Below the pieces are notes generated by a model. That model saw only the letters and a list, made by a program, of their open reading frames with translations. It searched no databases and was not told the origin of the DNA. The translations under genes were made by a program, and so were the position numbers. DNA of 32,000 bases from Nostoc sp. PCC 7120 = FACHB-418 (GTDB taxonomy: Bacteria; Cyanobacteriota; Cyanobacteriia; Cyanobacteriales; Nostocaceae), in assembly GCF_000009705.1 (NCBI RefSeq), contig NC_003272.1:4200001-4232000 (forward strand), in the 5' to 3' direction. Below are positions 22,175-31,498 of this stretch, piece by piece. Within the stretch, counting starts at the first letter, position 1. Each line of letters begins with the position of its first letter.

Positions 22175-25100
22175 ATGTCATCGCCCTCTGATCACCCGTT
22201 GAGAATTGAACTTAGGCTCCCGTCTTCTCACCCTGAACTACTGGAAGGGTTAGATATATGGTTGCGTTTGGGTTTGATATCAGACACTCAAGTTAAGCAA
22301 ATATGTCGAGATTACCTTGTTTGTCGAATAGAGTTACAATCCCAATCTGTCCCGGAACCACAAAGGGTAGTTGCAACTATTAGAACACCAGAAAGGCCAT
22401 TAGTTGCTCAGTTACAAGAAAAACCCAGAAAACAACCAAAAGAACCGACACAACCCAACATCGCCAGCAGGATGTTGCAGTCGCTAGGAGAGGAATTAAG
22501 TGTTCGTTGGTTATTGTTTCTGGGTGTATTCTTAGTTGTAATTTCCTCAGGGGTATTGGCGGCTAGCCAATGGGAGAGATTCCCAGCATCTGGACAGTAC
22601 GGGGTTTTATTGGCTTATACTTTGAGTTTTTGGGGGTTTAGCTTTTGGGCTGGTAGACAAAATAACCTAAGATTAACAGCGCAGACATTATTGATTGTCA
22701 CGCTGTTATTAGTACCAGTTAACTTTTGGGCAATGGACAGTTTCGGGTTGTGGCACAATCCTTTAGATTGGGTAACAGTAGCGATCGCCACCCCAATATT
22801 AACGGTAGTAACAGTATTGCTGTGGAGAAATCGCACAGTTATCAGCAATTTCCCCAGAGGAAAACTACCGCTAATAAATCTTCTAGGGTTGAGTTATCTG
22901 CATTGGGGGTGGAAATTACCAGGATCTCCCTTAATTGCTGTTTATGTGGCGATGATTAGCACAACCATCATCACAATTTATCACAGTCGCCGCCAACCCA
23001 TTCCCTTGGTTGATGAAGGTGAACAACCCCATAAACCAATCATCAACATATATGCGGCTGTCATTGTCTACGCTTTATTACTCCTGCTATCGCGGGCAAT
23101 TTTCGTTGCTGGGGTTGAGATTACCCAATTAGGTTTAGCCATTGGTATTTGTGGTTGGTTAACAACTTGGATAGCACAGCAAGAAAGACAAAAACAAACA
23201 TCCCCCACATCTCCTACATCTCCTACATCCCCCCTCCCCTGGGAAAAACTCGGAGGTATTCTCCTGTTCATCGGTTGGCTAGTAGCAGTAATAGAACAGC
23301 CAGCCCAAGCGATCGCCGTTAGTGGCTTGATTTTGTGGGTGGGAGGAGTGCGCCTATACAGATACAGCTGGCAAGGTGATTTAGCCTTGATATTTGTCGT
23401 CGGCTTACAGACGATTTGGTTAGGTTGGCGGTTAGTTCCCTCTGGATTTAAGCAATTAGCGATCGCCTTTGGCACCCAACTCACCCAAGCCCAAAATGAA
23501 CCTTGGGCGTTAATCAGTATTGCTTTATTTCCTTATATAGTTTTCATGGTGGTGCTGACAGAAACCCTGCATCATTACCGCAAGCGTGAAGTTGCCCAGT
23601 TTGGCGAATTTTTAACACTGCTACTGGGTACTTGTTTAACAACGATCGCCACCGTTAATCCTACCTTGCGATCGCTCAATTTGTTGTTTTCCACCATCAC
23701 CTTAGTAGTCATCAGCAAACGTCGTTCTTCTGTACCTGTTCCTTTGGTATATCTAACTCACGTTGGTGGATTATTAACACTTTGTTCAATTATTGATAGA
23801 CTTTTACCGAACCTAGATTTACATACTTGGGCAAGCATTTTCCTCGTGTTGATGTTGGCAGAGTGGGTGTATAGTCTGGGTACTGGATTATGGCAACGTA
23901 GTGGCTGGTATATCGGTCTAGGATTAGCTGTTGTTAGTTTTTGGTTATTGTGGAATAATGCACAGCCTATCTGGGCGGGTGGCGTTGAAAGCCAAGCCCA
24001 TTGGAATGTGATTTGGTTAGTCACACCCATAGCCCTGACAGCTTTAGCCAGTCGCACAACAGACCATTACCGTACCACCAACAGTCTTTTAAGCATCCTC
24101 ACAGTGGGTATGGCACAGCTCTTAACCTTACCCTTACCCGGAACCAGATTGATTAGTTTGGCGGTGAGTACAGGTGTGATGTATGCCAATAGCCGTTACT
24201 TACCCAGTTTACAAGTTGCAGGGGTTACCATTGGTTTTGGTTTAAGCTTCGTTGGGGCGTTGCTGTGGGAAGGTTTACCACGCCTCACAGTTGCAGGATG
24301 GTGTGTTGTGGGTGCGATCGCTACCTTAGGTTTATGGTTAGGACGCACAGTATTACTACGCCGTCACCAAGAATTAGCCAGTATATATGCAGATGCGGCA
24401 GATAAATGGGCGATCGCTTTATGTGGCTTAGAACTATTAAATCTCACCCGTCATTCCCTAGTTGTTTATCAGGGGTTTGAAGCTCCTGGGGTTTTATACT
24501 TAATTGCTACAACTATCACCTTAGGGGCAATTACTTATCGTCATTGGCGACAACCCACAGACTGGGCATTTTATGGAATTGCTTGGTGTGTAGAGTTATT
24601 GATTGCTGAGGTTTTGGGATTTGGTGGACGTTCAATTATTCACGTAGCCATTGCCAATATCGCCTTGGGTTTATTCACCCAATTGTTAGGAGAGTGGTGG
24701 CGACGACGTTACCAATTAACTAAACTACCCAATAGTTTCCACATCCTGCCTGTATTTTATGGTTTATTTAGTGTACTACTGCGGTTTAACACCTTTACCG
24801 ATTGGTCGGGGTTGTGTTCCTTAGGTGTAGCCTTAATTTTCATTGGTGTAGGAAGACGTAGCCAAGACTTCAAACCCCTGCTTTACTTAGGGATTATTGG
24901 TGTATCCGTCTCAGCTTATGAGATGTTGTTCTATCAAATGTCACAAGCCTCTGGCGGTGGTTTAGGTGACGGCTTAATTGCGATGGCTGCTTTGGGTACA
25001 ACTATTATGTCTGCCTACCGCATCCTTACTCCTTGGGTGACAAATTACCTACGTCTTAGCACCCAAGAACTGAAACTCATTGCTCATCTACACTGGGCTT

Positions 25101-26074
25101 GGAGTAGCGCCTTACTCATGACAGCAATTACCTTACCCATCCAAGTTAATCGCCTTGTGGGGTTGGGGACGGGAGTATTTTTAATTACCTACGCCATCCT
25201 ACAAGGTAGAACAAAACCAGATGAATCCGTTTCCCGTGTTTTTGATCGCATCACCACCGCAGACTTATGGGTTTATCTCGGCTTTGTATTAATAGCTGGC
25301 ATGAGAGTATATTGGCGGGAAACTGCCGTAGGACAACTAATCACAGGGGTTTTAGTTCCTTGGAATGGTGCGATCGCCTGCGTATTTGCTTATTTCTTAT
25401 ATATCTTACCGTGGCAAAGTTGGGGATGGTCACAAAAACCTTGGCGACAAGCCGCCTATATTGTGCCACTAGTAATTTTAGGAGAAACCAGACTCTTCGT
25501 TCACCCCATTACATTACTCATAGCCGCAGGATTTTACATCTTTTTAGCCAAAGTAGGGGAAAACATCCGTTTTACTTATATTAGTGTGGCGTTGATAGAT
25601 TGGGCGCTATTTTCCTGGTTTCATCAGTTACGCCTCACCGATAACTTGTGGTATGTCACAGTGATTGGTTTATCACTGCTATATATTGCCCAAGTCGATC
25701 CAGAACTGGTACAGCCAGAATCTAAACTAACTCGTCACACCCTCCGAGTCTTAGGTAGCGGCGTAATATGTGGATGGGCAATCTTATTTCACCAAAATGC
25801 TCCTCTTCTGCCTGGAAGTTTGGCCTTAGTTGCCATTTTCGCCGGATTAGCTTTAAGAATCAGAGCATTTCTCTATGTTGGTACAGCCACTTTTCTCATC
25901 ACCAGTATTTACCAGCTAGTAATTTTTAGCTTGCGTTACCCCTTCTTAAAATGGGTTGTAGGTTTATTTGTTGGTATTGCCCTAATTTCCATCGCCGCCA
26001 ACTTTGAAACCCGCCGCGCTCAACTAAATTCCATCCTCCGCAACACCACCAATCAATTTGACGAATGGGAGTAA
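22175..26074 (+). CDS. very large polytopic integral membrane protein (1299 aa), function unknown
   Basis: After a roughly 110-aa soluble N-terminus the protein is an almost continuous series of hydrophobic segments rich in Trp, Leu, Gly and Ala, probably more than 30 TM helices. No catalytic motifs recognised. Confidence 0.85.
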   Translation: MSSPSDHPLRIELRLPSSHPELLEGLDIWLRLGLISDTQVKQICRDYLVCRIELQSQSVPEPQRVVATIRTPERPLVAQLQEKPRKQPKEPTQPNIASRMLQSLGEELSVRWLLFLGVFLVVISSGVLAASQWERFPASGQYGVLLAYTLSFWGFSFWAGRQNNLRLTAQTLLIVTLLLVPVNFWAMDSFGLWHNPLDWVTVAIATPILTVVTVLLWRNRTVISNFPRGKLPLINLLGLSYLHWGWKLPGSPLIAVYVAMISTTIITIYHSRRQPIPLVDEGEQPHKPIINIYAAVIVYALLLLLSRAIFVAGVEITQLGLAIGICGWLTTWIAQQERQKQTSPTSPTSPTSPLPWEKLGGILLFIGWLVAVIEQPAQAIAVSGLILWVGGVRLYRYSWQGDLALIFVVGLQTIWLGWRLVPSGFKQLAIAFGTQLTQAQNEPWALISIALFPYIVFMVVLTETLHHYRKREVAQFGEFLTLLLGTCLTTIATVNPTLRSLNLLFSTITLVVISKRRSSVPVPLVYLTHVGGLLTLCSIIDRLLPNLDLHTWASIFLVLMLAEWVYSLGTGLWQRSGWYIGLGLAVVSFWLLWNNAQPIWAGGVESQAHWNVIWLVTPIALTALASRTTDHYRTTNSLLSILTVGMAQLLTLPLPGTRLISLAVSTGVMYANSRYLPSLQVAGVTIGFGLSFVGALLWEGLPRLTVAGWCVVGAIATLGLWLGRTVLLRRHQELASIYADAADKWAIALCGLELLNLTRHSLVVYQGFEAPGVLYLIATTITLGAITYRHWRQPTDWAFYGIAWCVELLIAEVLGFGGRSIIHVAIANIALGLFTQLLGEWWRRRYQLTKLPNSFHILPVFYGLFSVLLRFNTFTDWSGLCSLGVALIFIGVGRRSQDFKPLLYLGIIGVSVSAYEMLFYQMSQASGGGLGDGLIAMAALGTTIMSAYRILTPWVTNYLRLSTQELKLIAHLHWAWSSALLMTAITLPIQVNRLVGLGTGVFLITYAILQGRTKPDESVSRVFDRITTADLWVYLGFVLIAGMRVYWRETAVGQLITGVLVPWNGAIACVFAYFLYILPWQSWGWSQKPWRQAAYIVPLVILGETRLFVHPITLLIAAGFYIFLAKVGENIRFTYISVALIDWALFSWFHQLRLTDNLWYVTVIGLSLLYIAQVDPELVQPESKLTRHTLRVLGSGVICGWAILFHQNAPLLPGSLALVAIFAGLALRIRAFLYVGTATFLITSIYQLVIFSLRYPFLKWVVGLFVGIALISIAANFETRRAQLNSILRNTTNQFDEWE
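23198..23233 (+). repeat. in-frame 9-bp tandem repeat (ACATCYCCY x4) encoding TSPTSPTSPTSP
   Basis: Units at 23198, 23207, 23216 and 23225, inside the large membrane protein gene. Confidence 0.85.
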
Positions 26075-26611
26075 TCAATTCAAAATTCGTCTTGAAAAAT
26101 TGAGTCACTGGGTTGGATAGCTTCCCCGGCTTGTAGCAAGTGGCGTTCCTAAGTCGGGAAACCAACCTACAGAACTTTCCGCAAAATTAGCATATTAGGA
26201 ATGCCAAACAGAATAAGGGTATGTCCGTATGTATGTATCTATCCCATTCTTTTTTTAAATTGGTATAACTATGGACTATTCCAGGGGCAAGTATAGCTGT
26301 TGCCAGTAGTGTTAGGACATCAATAGATAATACAACCTAGACACGACTTTTCACCCAGTCCCTAGTCCCCAGCTATATATACTTAATGGTGCGATACAAG
26401 CTTCAAAATAAACCCAAAAATAAGTATATTGTTATACGTATTTACTTAGTAGAATATATTGGTTTTATTTAATCTTCAGTAAAATCCATTAAAGATTGAG
26501 TAAATTAAATTATTTTTTAAGTAAAAATTATTCAAAAATAGTACTATCTGGGTGGTAAAAAAACTTACGTACTTAATTTAGCCAAATATTTAGTAAAAAC
26601 ATCATAAACTT

Positions 26612-27592
26612 ATGGACACCGGACGCAATTCTTTGCCCGCAGGCTCCTTATGGATGAGTATTTTTCACAATCTGGCATCTCATTTGGCTGCTATGCGTCC
26701 AAAACAATGGACAAAAAATCTAGTGGTATTTGCTGCGCCGTTGTTCGCCTTCAGTATCAATTTACAGTCCTTCCTGGGTGGGTTGTTTGCATTTATACTA
26801 TTTTGTTCTGCCTCCAGTGGTTTTTATCTCATTAACGATATTGCAGATGTCGCCTCTGACCGCCAGCATCCTGTCAAGTGTAAGCGGCCGATTGCGGCTG
26901 GGTTGGTGAGTATTCCAATAGCAATTGGGATGGCATTGATTTTACTAGGAGGCGCTTTGAGTATCAGCTGGTGGCGATCGCCACAGTTAGGTGCAGCTAT
27001 TACAGGGTATGCAGTTTTACAAGTTGCTTATAACCTAAAACTCAAACGCCTAGTGATTTTAGATGTAATTGCGATCGCCACCGGATTTGTCTTACGTGCT
27101 TTTGGCGGCGCGGCTGCAACAGACATTGTTTTATCAGCTTGGTTTTTACTTTGTACAGCCATGCTGGCGTTATTTTTGGGCATTGAAAAACGTAAAGCCG
27201 AATTGCGTTTGGCAGAAATTCAAGGTACAAAACTCCGTGCTGTACTCAAACGCTACTCCTTACCCCTCTTAGGACGCATGGAAAGCGTAGTCACCACAGG
27301 TACAGTCCTCGCTTATGCTCTTTGGAGTTCAGGCCCAGCTTTACGTGGCGCATCAACTCCTTGGATGCTAATAACCTTACCATTCGTACTGTATGGTATT
27401 TTCCGCTATCAACTTCTCAGCGACCCCCAAGAAATTGCCCATGAAGGCGAAGATCATCTAGAAAAAGGTGGACGCAGTGAAAGACCAGAAGAAGTCTTGT
27501 TAAAAGACAAAGGAATTCTCTTTACTGTGATTGGTTGGATCTGCACTTGTTTTTTAATTCTATGGTTAAAGAATCAGGGAGTGATTCAGTAG
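26612..27592 (+). CDS. UbiA-family prenyl-phosphate phosphoribosyltransferase (decaprenyl-phosphate PRPP transferase-like)
   Basis: N-terminal RPKQWTKNLVVFAAPLFA and the Asp-rich motif YLINDIADVASDRQHPVKCKRPIA (NDxxDxxxD). Multi-TM. This resembles the DPPR synthase family. Confidence 0.78.
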   Translation: MDTGRNSLPAGSLWMSIFHNLASHLAAMRPKQWTKNLVVFAAPLFAFSINLQSFLGGLFAFILFCSASSGFYLINDIADVASDRQHPVKCKRPIAAGLVSIPIAIGMALILLGGALSISWWRSPQLGAAITGYAVLQVAYNLKLKRLVILDVIAIATGFVLRAFGGAAATDIVLSAWFLLCTAMLALFLGIEKRKAELRLAEIQGTKLRAVLKRYSLPLLGRMESVVTTGTVLAYALWSSGPALRGASTPWMLITLPFVLYGIFRYQLLSDPQEIAHEGEDHLEKGGRSERPEEVLLKDKGILFTVIGWICTCFLILWLKNQGVIQ

Positions 27593-27614
27593 TTGACAAT
27601 GCGATGGGTGTTAT

Positions 27615-28220
27615 TTGAATTCGGAGCAAAGCAACGTGACGCATATCAAAACTTGGTTGAGTAAACTGCATTACTCAACCTTTATAGAGCAGCCTGATAA
27701 ATTACCAAAACAAATCCTTACTTTAGCTGAAGTTAAAATTGACTGGCTCAAAAATGCGGGGATTCGGGGCGTTATCCTTGACCTAGACAACACCATTATT
27801 TCAGAAGACGATCGCTACCTTGCTCCTTGGGCAGAAGATTGGATAGCCGAAGCCAAGTTAGCAGGCTTAAAACTTTTTATCCTCTCAAATGGGAAACGTC
27901 GCTACCGCGTTAAATATTGGTCACATCGCCTCGATATTAACGCCATCAGTCCAGCCAAAAAACCTTTTCCCTCAGCATTTCGCAAAGCTATGACTCAGAT
28001 GCGCTTGTCATCAAAAAATGTCTTAGTTATTGGTGATAGTTTACATACAGATGTTATGGGAGCAAAGTTTTCTGGATGCCGTTGCATTCAAGTTGCCAGT
28101 TTACCCCATCCATTGCGCTGGTGGGAAAAGCTAGCTGGCAAATGGGTACAGATACCTTATCCAAAGGGTAAAGAATTATGGGACTTTGAAGGAGCGTTTG
28201 GTTATAAAATCTTTTTGTAA
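27615..28220 (+). CDS. HAD-superfamily phosphatase (YqeG / subfamily IIIA-like)
   Basis: Motif I VILDLDNTII (DxDxT), motif II ILSNG, motif IV VIGDSLHTDVMG. The TTG start from the track is uncertain. Confidence 0.72.
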   Translation: MNSEQSNVTHIKTWLSKLHYSTFIEQPDKLPKQILTLAEVKIDWLKNAGIRGVILDLDNTIISEDDRYLAPWAEDWIAEAKLAGLKLFILSNGKRRYRVKYWSHRLDINAISPAKKPFPSAFRKAMTQMRLSSKNVLVIGDSLHTDVMGAKFSGCRCIQVASLPHPLRWWEKLAGKWVQIPYPKGKELWDFEGAFGYKIFL

Positions 28221-28298
28221 ATAGCTGAATAGAGATTAAAGTAATGTACTCTATTTACATCAATCAAAATATATAATAAATTCCCTAAATTAATATTG

Positions 28299-28637
28299 AT
28301 GAATAATCCAATTATCTTTGCTTTATTAATTTTAACTACAGTAGGCTTAAATACACTAGCGCAAACTCTATTGAAACTAGGCGCGGGACAGAACCCTTTA
28401 AACTTTTATTTAGTAGGCGGAATTTGTTGCTACGGCTTAAGCACAATTTTTTATGTCTTAGTTTTAGGGAAACTAAACTTATCCATAGCCTACCCATTAG
28501 TAATCGGATTAACTATTGTTCTAACTACAATAGCTGGGGCTGTAGTTTTGCGAGAAAAAGTTTTAGTTTCCCAATGGATAGGCATAGGTTTGCTGTTGAG
28601 TGGAATTAGTGCGATCGCTTTATCTAAACCCTCTTAG
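28299..28637 (+). CDS. small 4-TM SMR/EamA-like membrane protein (ArnE/ArnF-like candidate lipid-linked sugar flippase subunit)
   Basis: About 112 aa with four hydrophobic segments, which fits the size and topology of the SMR family. I chose the ATG at 28299; the track starts at the TTG at 28296. Confidence 0.65.
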   Translation: MNNPIIFALLILTTVGLNTLAQTLLKLGAGQNPLNFYLVGGICCYGLSTIFYVLVLGKLNLSIAYPLVIGLTIVLTTIAGAVVLREKVLVSQWIGIGLLLSGISAIALSKPS

Positions 28638-28666
28638 TTTAATCCAGGCGATCGCTTTCACTGGCT

Positions 28667-29617
28667 CTAGGTGTACAAAGCCTTCACCCACTGCCATTCT
28701 AAGCTCAAACCCTCCCTCAAAGAAACCTTTGGCTCATATCCTAAAATTTTCCGTGCCTTCGACACATCAGCAGCCGTGTGACGTGCATCACCCATTGCCT
28801 TTTCTATGTGATTTCTCTTAATTGGCTGACCAACGATTTGTTCCATCGTGTCTAAGACCTCAGCCAAAACCACCCTACTACCACCACCAATATTAAAAAT
28901 TTCTCCTACAGCAGCCGGTACACTAGCAGCCGCTAAATTTGCCGCTACAGCATCACTCACAAAAGTAAAGTCACGAGTTTGCTGTCCATCTCCGTAAACA
29001 GGAATCGCCTCATCCTGTAAAACAGATTTAAAAAACTTATGGAAAGCCATATCAGGGCGCTGTCTAGGGCCATATACAGTAAAGTAACGTAGAGCCACAA
29101 ACGGTACACCGAAATTTTTGTGATATAGCCCACACAAACGCTCGGCAGCTAACTTAGTAATGCCATAAGGAGAAACCGGTTGAGGCGGAATCCCTTCGTG
29201 AGTAGGTAAGGTTTCCGCATCCCCATACACACTAGAAGTAGATGCAAAGACTAACCTAGTTAATTGTTGAGCATCCTTAGCTGCTTCCAACAAAACTTGT
29301 GTAGCATTAATATTGCGCTCAGTATAAGCACGGAAACCATTACCCCAACTTGCCCTAACTCCCGCCTGCGCCGCCTGATGGTAGACCACAGTCACATCTT
29401 GGAGTAGGGACGGCCAATCTAGAAACTGAATATCTCCCTCAATGAAGGTGAAGTTAGGAAACGATTGTAAATGGGCAATATTTTTACGTTTTAATAAGGG
29501 ATCGTAGTAATCATTCACTTCATCAATCCCGATTACCTCTTCACCTTGTTTGAGTAGGGTTTCTACCAGGTGAGAAGCAATAAATCCTGCTGCTCCAGTA
29601 ACTATAATTTTCGCCAT
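28667..29617 (-). CDS. NAD-dependent nucleotide-sugar epimerase/dehydratase (extended SDR)
   Basis: Rossmann motif VTGAAGFIASHL, catalytic SPYGITKLAAE (YxxxK), and STSSVYG. Confidence 0.9.
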   Translation of the reverse strand: MAKIIVTGAAGFIASHLVETLLKQGEEVIGIDEVNDYYDPLLKRKNIAHLQSFPNFTFIEGDIQFLDWPSLLQDVTVVYHQAAQAGVRASWGNGFRAYTERNINATQVLLEAAKDAQQLTRLVFASTSSVYGDAETLPTHEGIPPQPVSPYGITKLAAERLCGLYHKNFGVPFVALRYFTVYGPRQRPDMAFHKFFKSVLQDEAIPVYGDGQQTRDFTFVSDAVAANLAAASVPAAVGEIFNIGGGSRVVLAEVLDTMEQIVGQPIKRNHIEKAMGDARHTAADVSKARKILGYEPKVSLREGLSLEWQWVKALYT

Positions 29618-29693
29618 TTTACCTACTTTATTCTTATTTTCTTAGTTTCTATAGGAATCCGATTTGATTCTTGAACAAATCTAAGTATCTGTA

Positions 29694-29743
29694 GGGTGGG
29701 CAATGCCCACCGTATCATGATTTTGGTGGGTATTGCCCACCCC
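29694..29743. repeat. two copies of a palindromic GGTGGGCAATGCCCACC-type small dispersed repeat
   Basis: GGGTGGGCAATGCCCACC at 29694-29711 and GGTGGGTATTGCCCACCCC at 29725-29743. Each can form a hairpin. They lie in the divergent intergenic region between the epimerase gene and purD. Confidence 0.75.
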
Positions 29744-30075
29744 ACCCATGTTTCAAAAATCAAGTACGAATCTTACATATCCACAGGTTAATAGTGACAA
29801 TGATGTTCCGTCATTATTTCCTAGTTATTTTTAGAACAATTATTCTAAATTTGGCAAATTTATTATGGGACTGGGGAAGGTGGGGCCCCCTCTGGGGATA
29901 AGGGGTAATGGGGATTGGGTAAAGAATGAATGATTCTTTACTTAACACGCACTACATCACCCTACAAATCAGCACTCCCCATCATAGGACTTGCATCAAG
30001 GTCAGAATTGGTGAAGAATTGATCCGCGAGAGTCATAAAGTACTCTCGCTTCGCCAGAGACGCAAGAGGGAATCA

Positions 30076-31353
30076 GTGAAAGTTTTAGTTGTCGGTAACG
30101 GGGGACGTGAACACGCTCTAGCGTGGAAACTATTGCAATCGCCACAAATTGAGCAAGTCGCCTGTGTGCCAGGAAATGGGGGGACGGCAACTTTGGCACG
30201 TTGCCAAAATGTATCTTTAGCCGTGGATGATTTTGAGGGAATTAGTCAATATGCCTTGAATCAGGGTTTTTCTTTGGTGGTAGTCGGGCCGGAAGTACCC
30301 TTGGCAAAAGGAATTACTGACTATCTACAAGAAAAAGGGTTGATGGTGTTTGGGCCAAGCCGAGCCGGAGCGCAAATTGAAGCGAGTAAGGCTTGGGCAA
30401 AAGCTCTGATGCAGGAAGCTGGGATTCCTACCGCCAAGGCTGCGGTATTTACAGAGGCAGCAGCAGCCAAGTCATATATTCAGGCACAGGGAGCGCCTAT
30501 AGTCGTCAAGGCGGATGGTTTAGCGGCTGGCAAGGGTGTCACCGTGGCAACGACAATTGAACAGGCACAGAGTGCCATTGATGCCATATTTCAAGGGCAG
30601 TTTGGTAGTGCGGGTGAGTTTGTTGTCATTGAAGAATGTTTGACTGGGCAAGAAGTTTCTGTATTGGCTTTGACGGATGGATTGACAATTCGTCCCTTGT
30701 TACCCGCCCAAGACCATAAGCGAATTGGGGAAGGGGATACAGGGGAAAATACAGGCGGGATGGGAGCTTATGCACCAGCACCAATCGCCACACCAGAGTT
30801 AATGGCACTGGTGCAAACCGAAGTTTTAGAAAGAGCGATCGCCACCTTACAATCTAAAGGCATCGATTATCGTGGTGTACTCTACGCCGGGTTGATGATT
30901 ACACCCAATGGCGATTTTAAGGTCTTAGAATTTAACTGCCGCTTTGGCGACCCAGAAACGCAAGTCATCCTCCCCTTATTAGCCACCCCCCTAGAAGAAT
31001 TGATTCTAGCTTGTGTACAGCAGCGTTTAGGTGAGCTACCACCCATTGCTTGGCAAGGGGGAGCATCCGCCACCGTAGTGGCAGCTTCCGGCGGCTATCC
31101 TGGGGATTATGAAAAAGGCCAAGTCATTACCGGCATTCCTCAAGCAGAAGCCACAGGTGCAACAGTATTTCATGCAGGCACAAAGTTGAACGCGCAACAA
31201 CAGATAGTTACAGATGGCGGCAGAGTCCTAAATGTTACAGGAATCGGAGAAAATTTCCAACAAGCCCTCGCGCAAGCGTACACTGGAATTAAAGCCATAG
31301 ACTTTTCGGGCATATATTACCGGAGAGATATTGGTTATAGAGTCAATAGTTGA
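30076..31353 (+). CDS. purD: phosphoribosylamine--glycine ligase
   Basis: VKVLVVGNGGREHALAWKL is the canonical PurD N-terminus. ATP-grasp motifs are present (PIVVKADGLAAGKGV, EFNCRFGDPETQ). I chose the GTG start at 30076, preceded by AGAGGG. The 50-aa upstream extension in the track ORF (29926) has no PurD similarity. Confidence 0.92.
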   Translation: MKVLVVGNGGREHALAWKLLQSPQIEQVACVPGNGGTATLARCQNVSLAVDDFEGISQYALNQGFSLVVVGPEVPLAKGITDYLQEKGLMVFGPSRAGAQIEASKAWAKALMQEAGIPTAKAAVFTEAAAAKSYIQAQGAPIVVKADGLAAGKGVTVATTIEQAQSAIDAIFQGQFGSAGEFVVIEECLTGQEVSVLALTDGLTIRPLLPAQDHKRIGEGDTGENTGGMGAYAPAPIATPELMALVQTEVLERAIATLQSKGIDYRGVLYAGLMITPNGDFKVLEFNCRFGDPETQVILPLLATPLEELILACVQQRLGELPPIAWQGGASATVVAASGGYPGDYEKGQVITGIPQAEATGATVFHAGTKLNAQQQIVTDGGRVLNVTGIGENFQQALAQAYTGIKAIDFSGIYYRRDIGYRVNS

Positions 31354-31375
31354 TAGTCCGAAGTCCATTGTTAAC

Positions 31376-31423
31376 TGTTGACCGTTGACCGTTGACTAAT
31401 AACAACTGACAACTGACAACTGA
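31376..31423. repeat. STRR-type heptamer tandem repeats (YGTTGAC x3, then CAACTGA x3)
   Basis: TGTTGAC CGTTGAC CGTTGAC (31376-31396), a TAATAA spacer, then CAACTGA x3 (31403-31423). They lie just downstream of the purD stop. Confidence 0.85.
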
Positions 31424-31498
31424 GCTAATGTCCAAAATAACTGTTAATTTTTAAGTTGTTGGGGTTCATAACCAAAGCTACTAACAACTTTATTAGAG

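Noticed and set aside
22615-25584. Multiple 77-138-aa ORFs within or antisense to the large membrane protein gene (for example 23068-23484 minus, 25267-25584 plus)
   Set aside because: They are nested entirely in a 3.9-kb continuous ORF with coherent TM periodicity. They are typical shadow ORFs.
29926-30075. 50-codon N-terminal extension of purD in the ORF track
   Set aside because: The canonical PurD N-terminus (KVLVVGNGGREHA) starts at the GTG at 30076, which has an AGAGGG RBS-like element upstream. The extension is basic and low-complexity and overlaps the promoter and repeat region.
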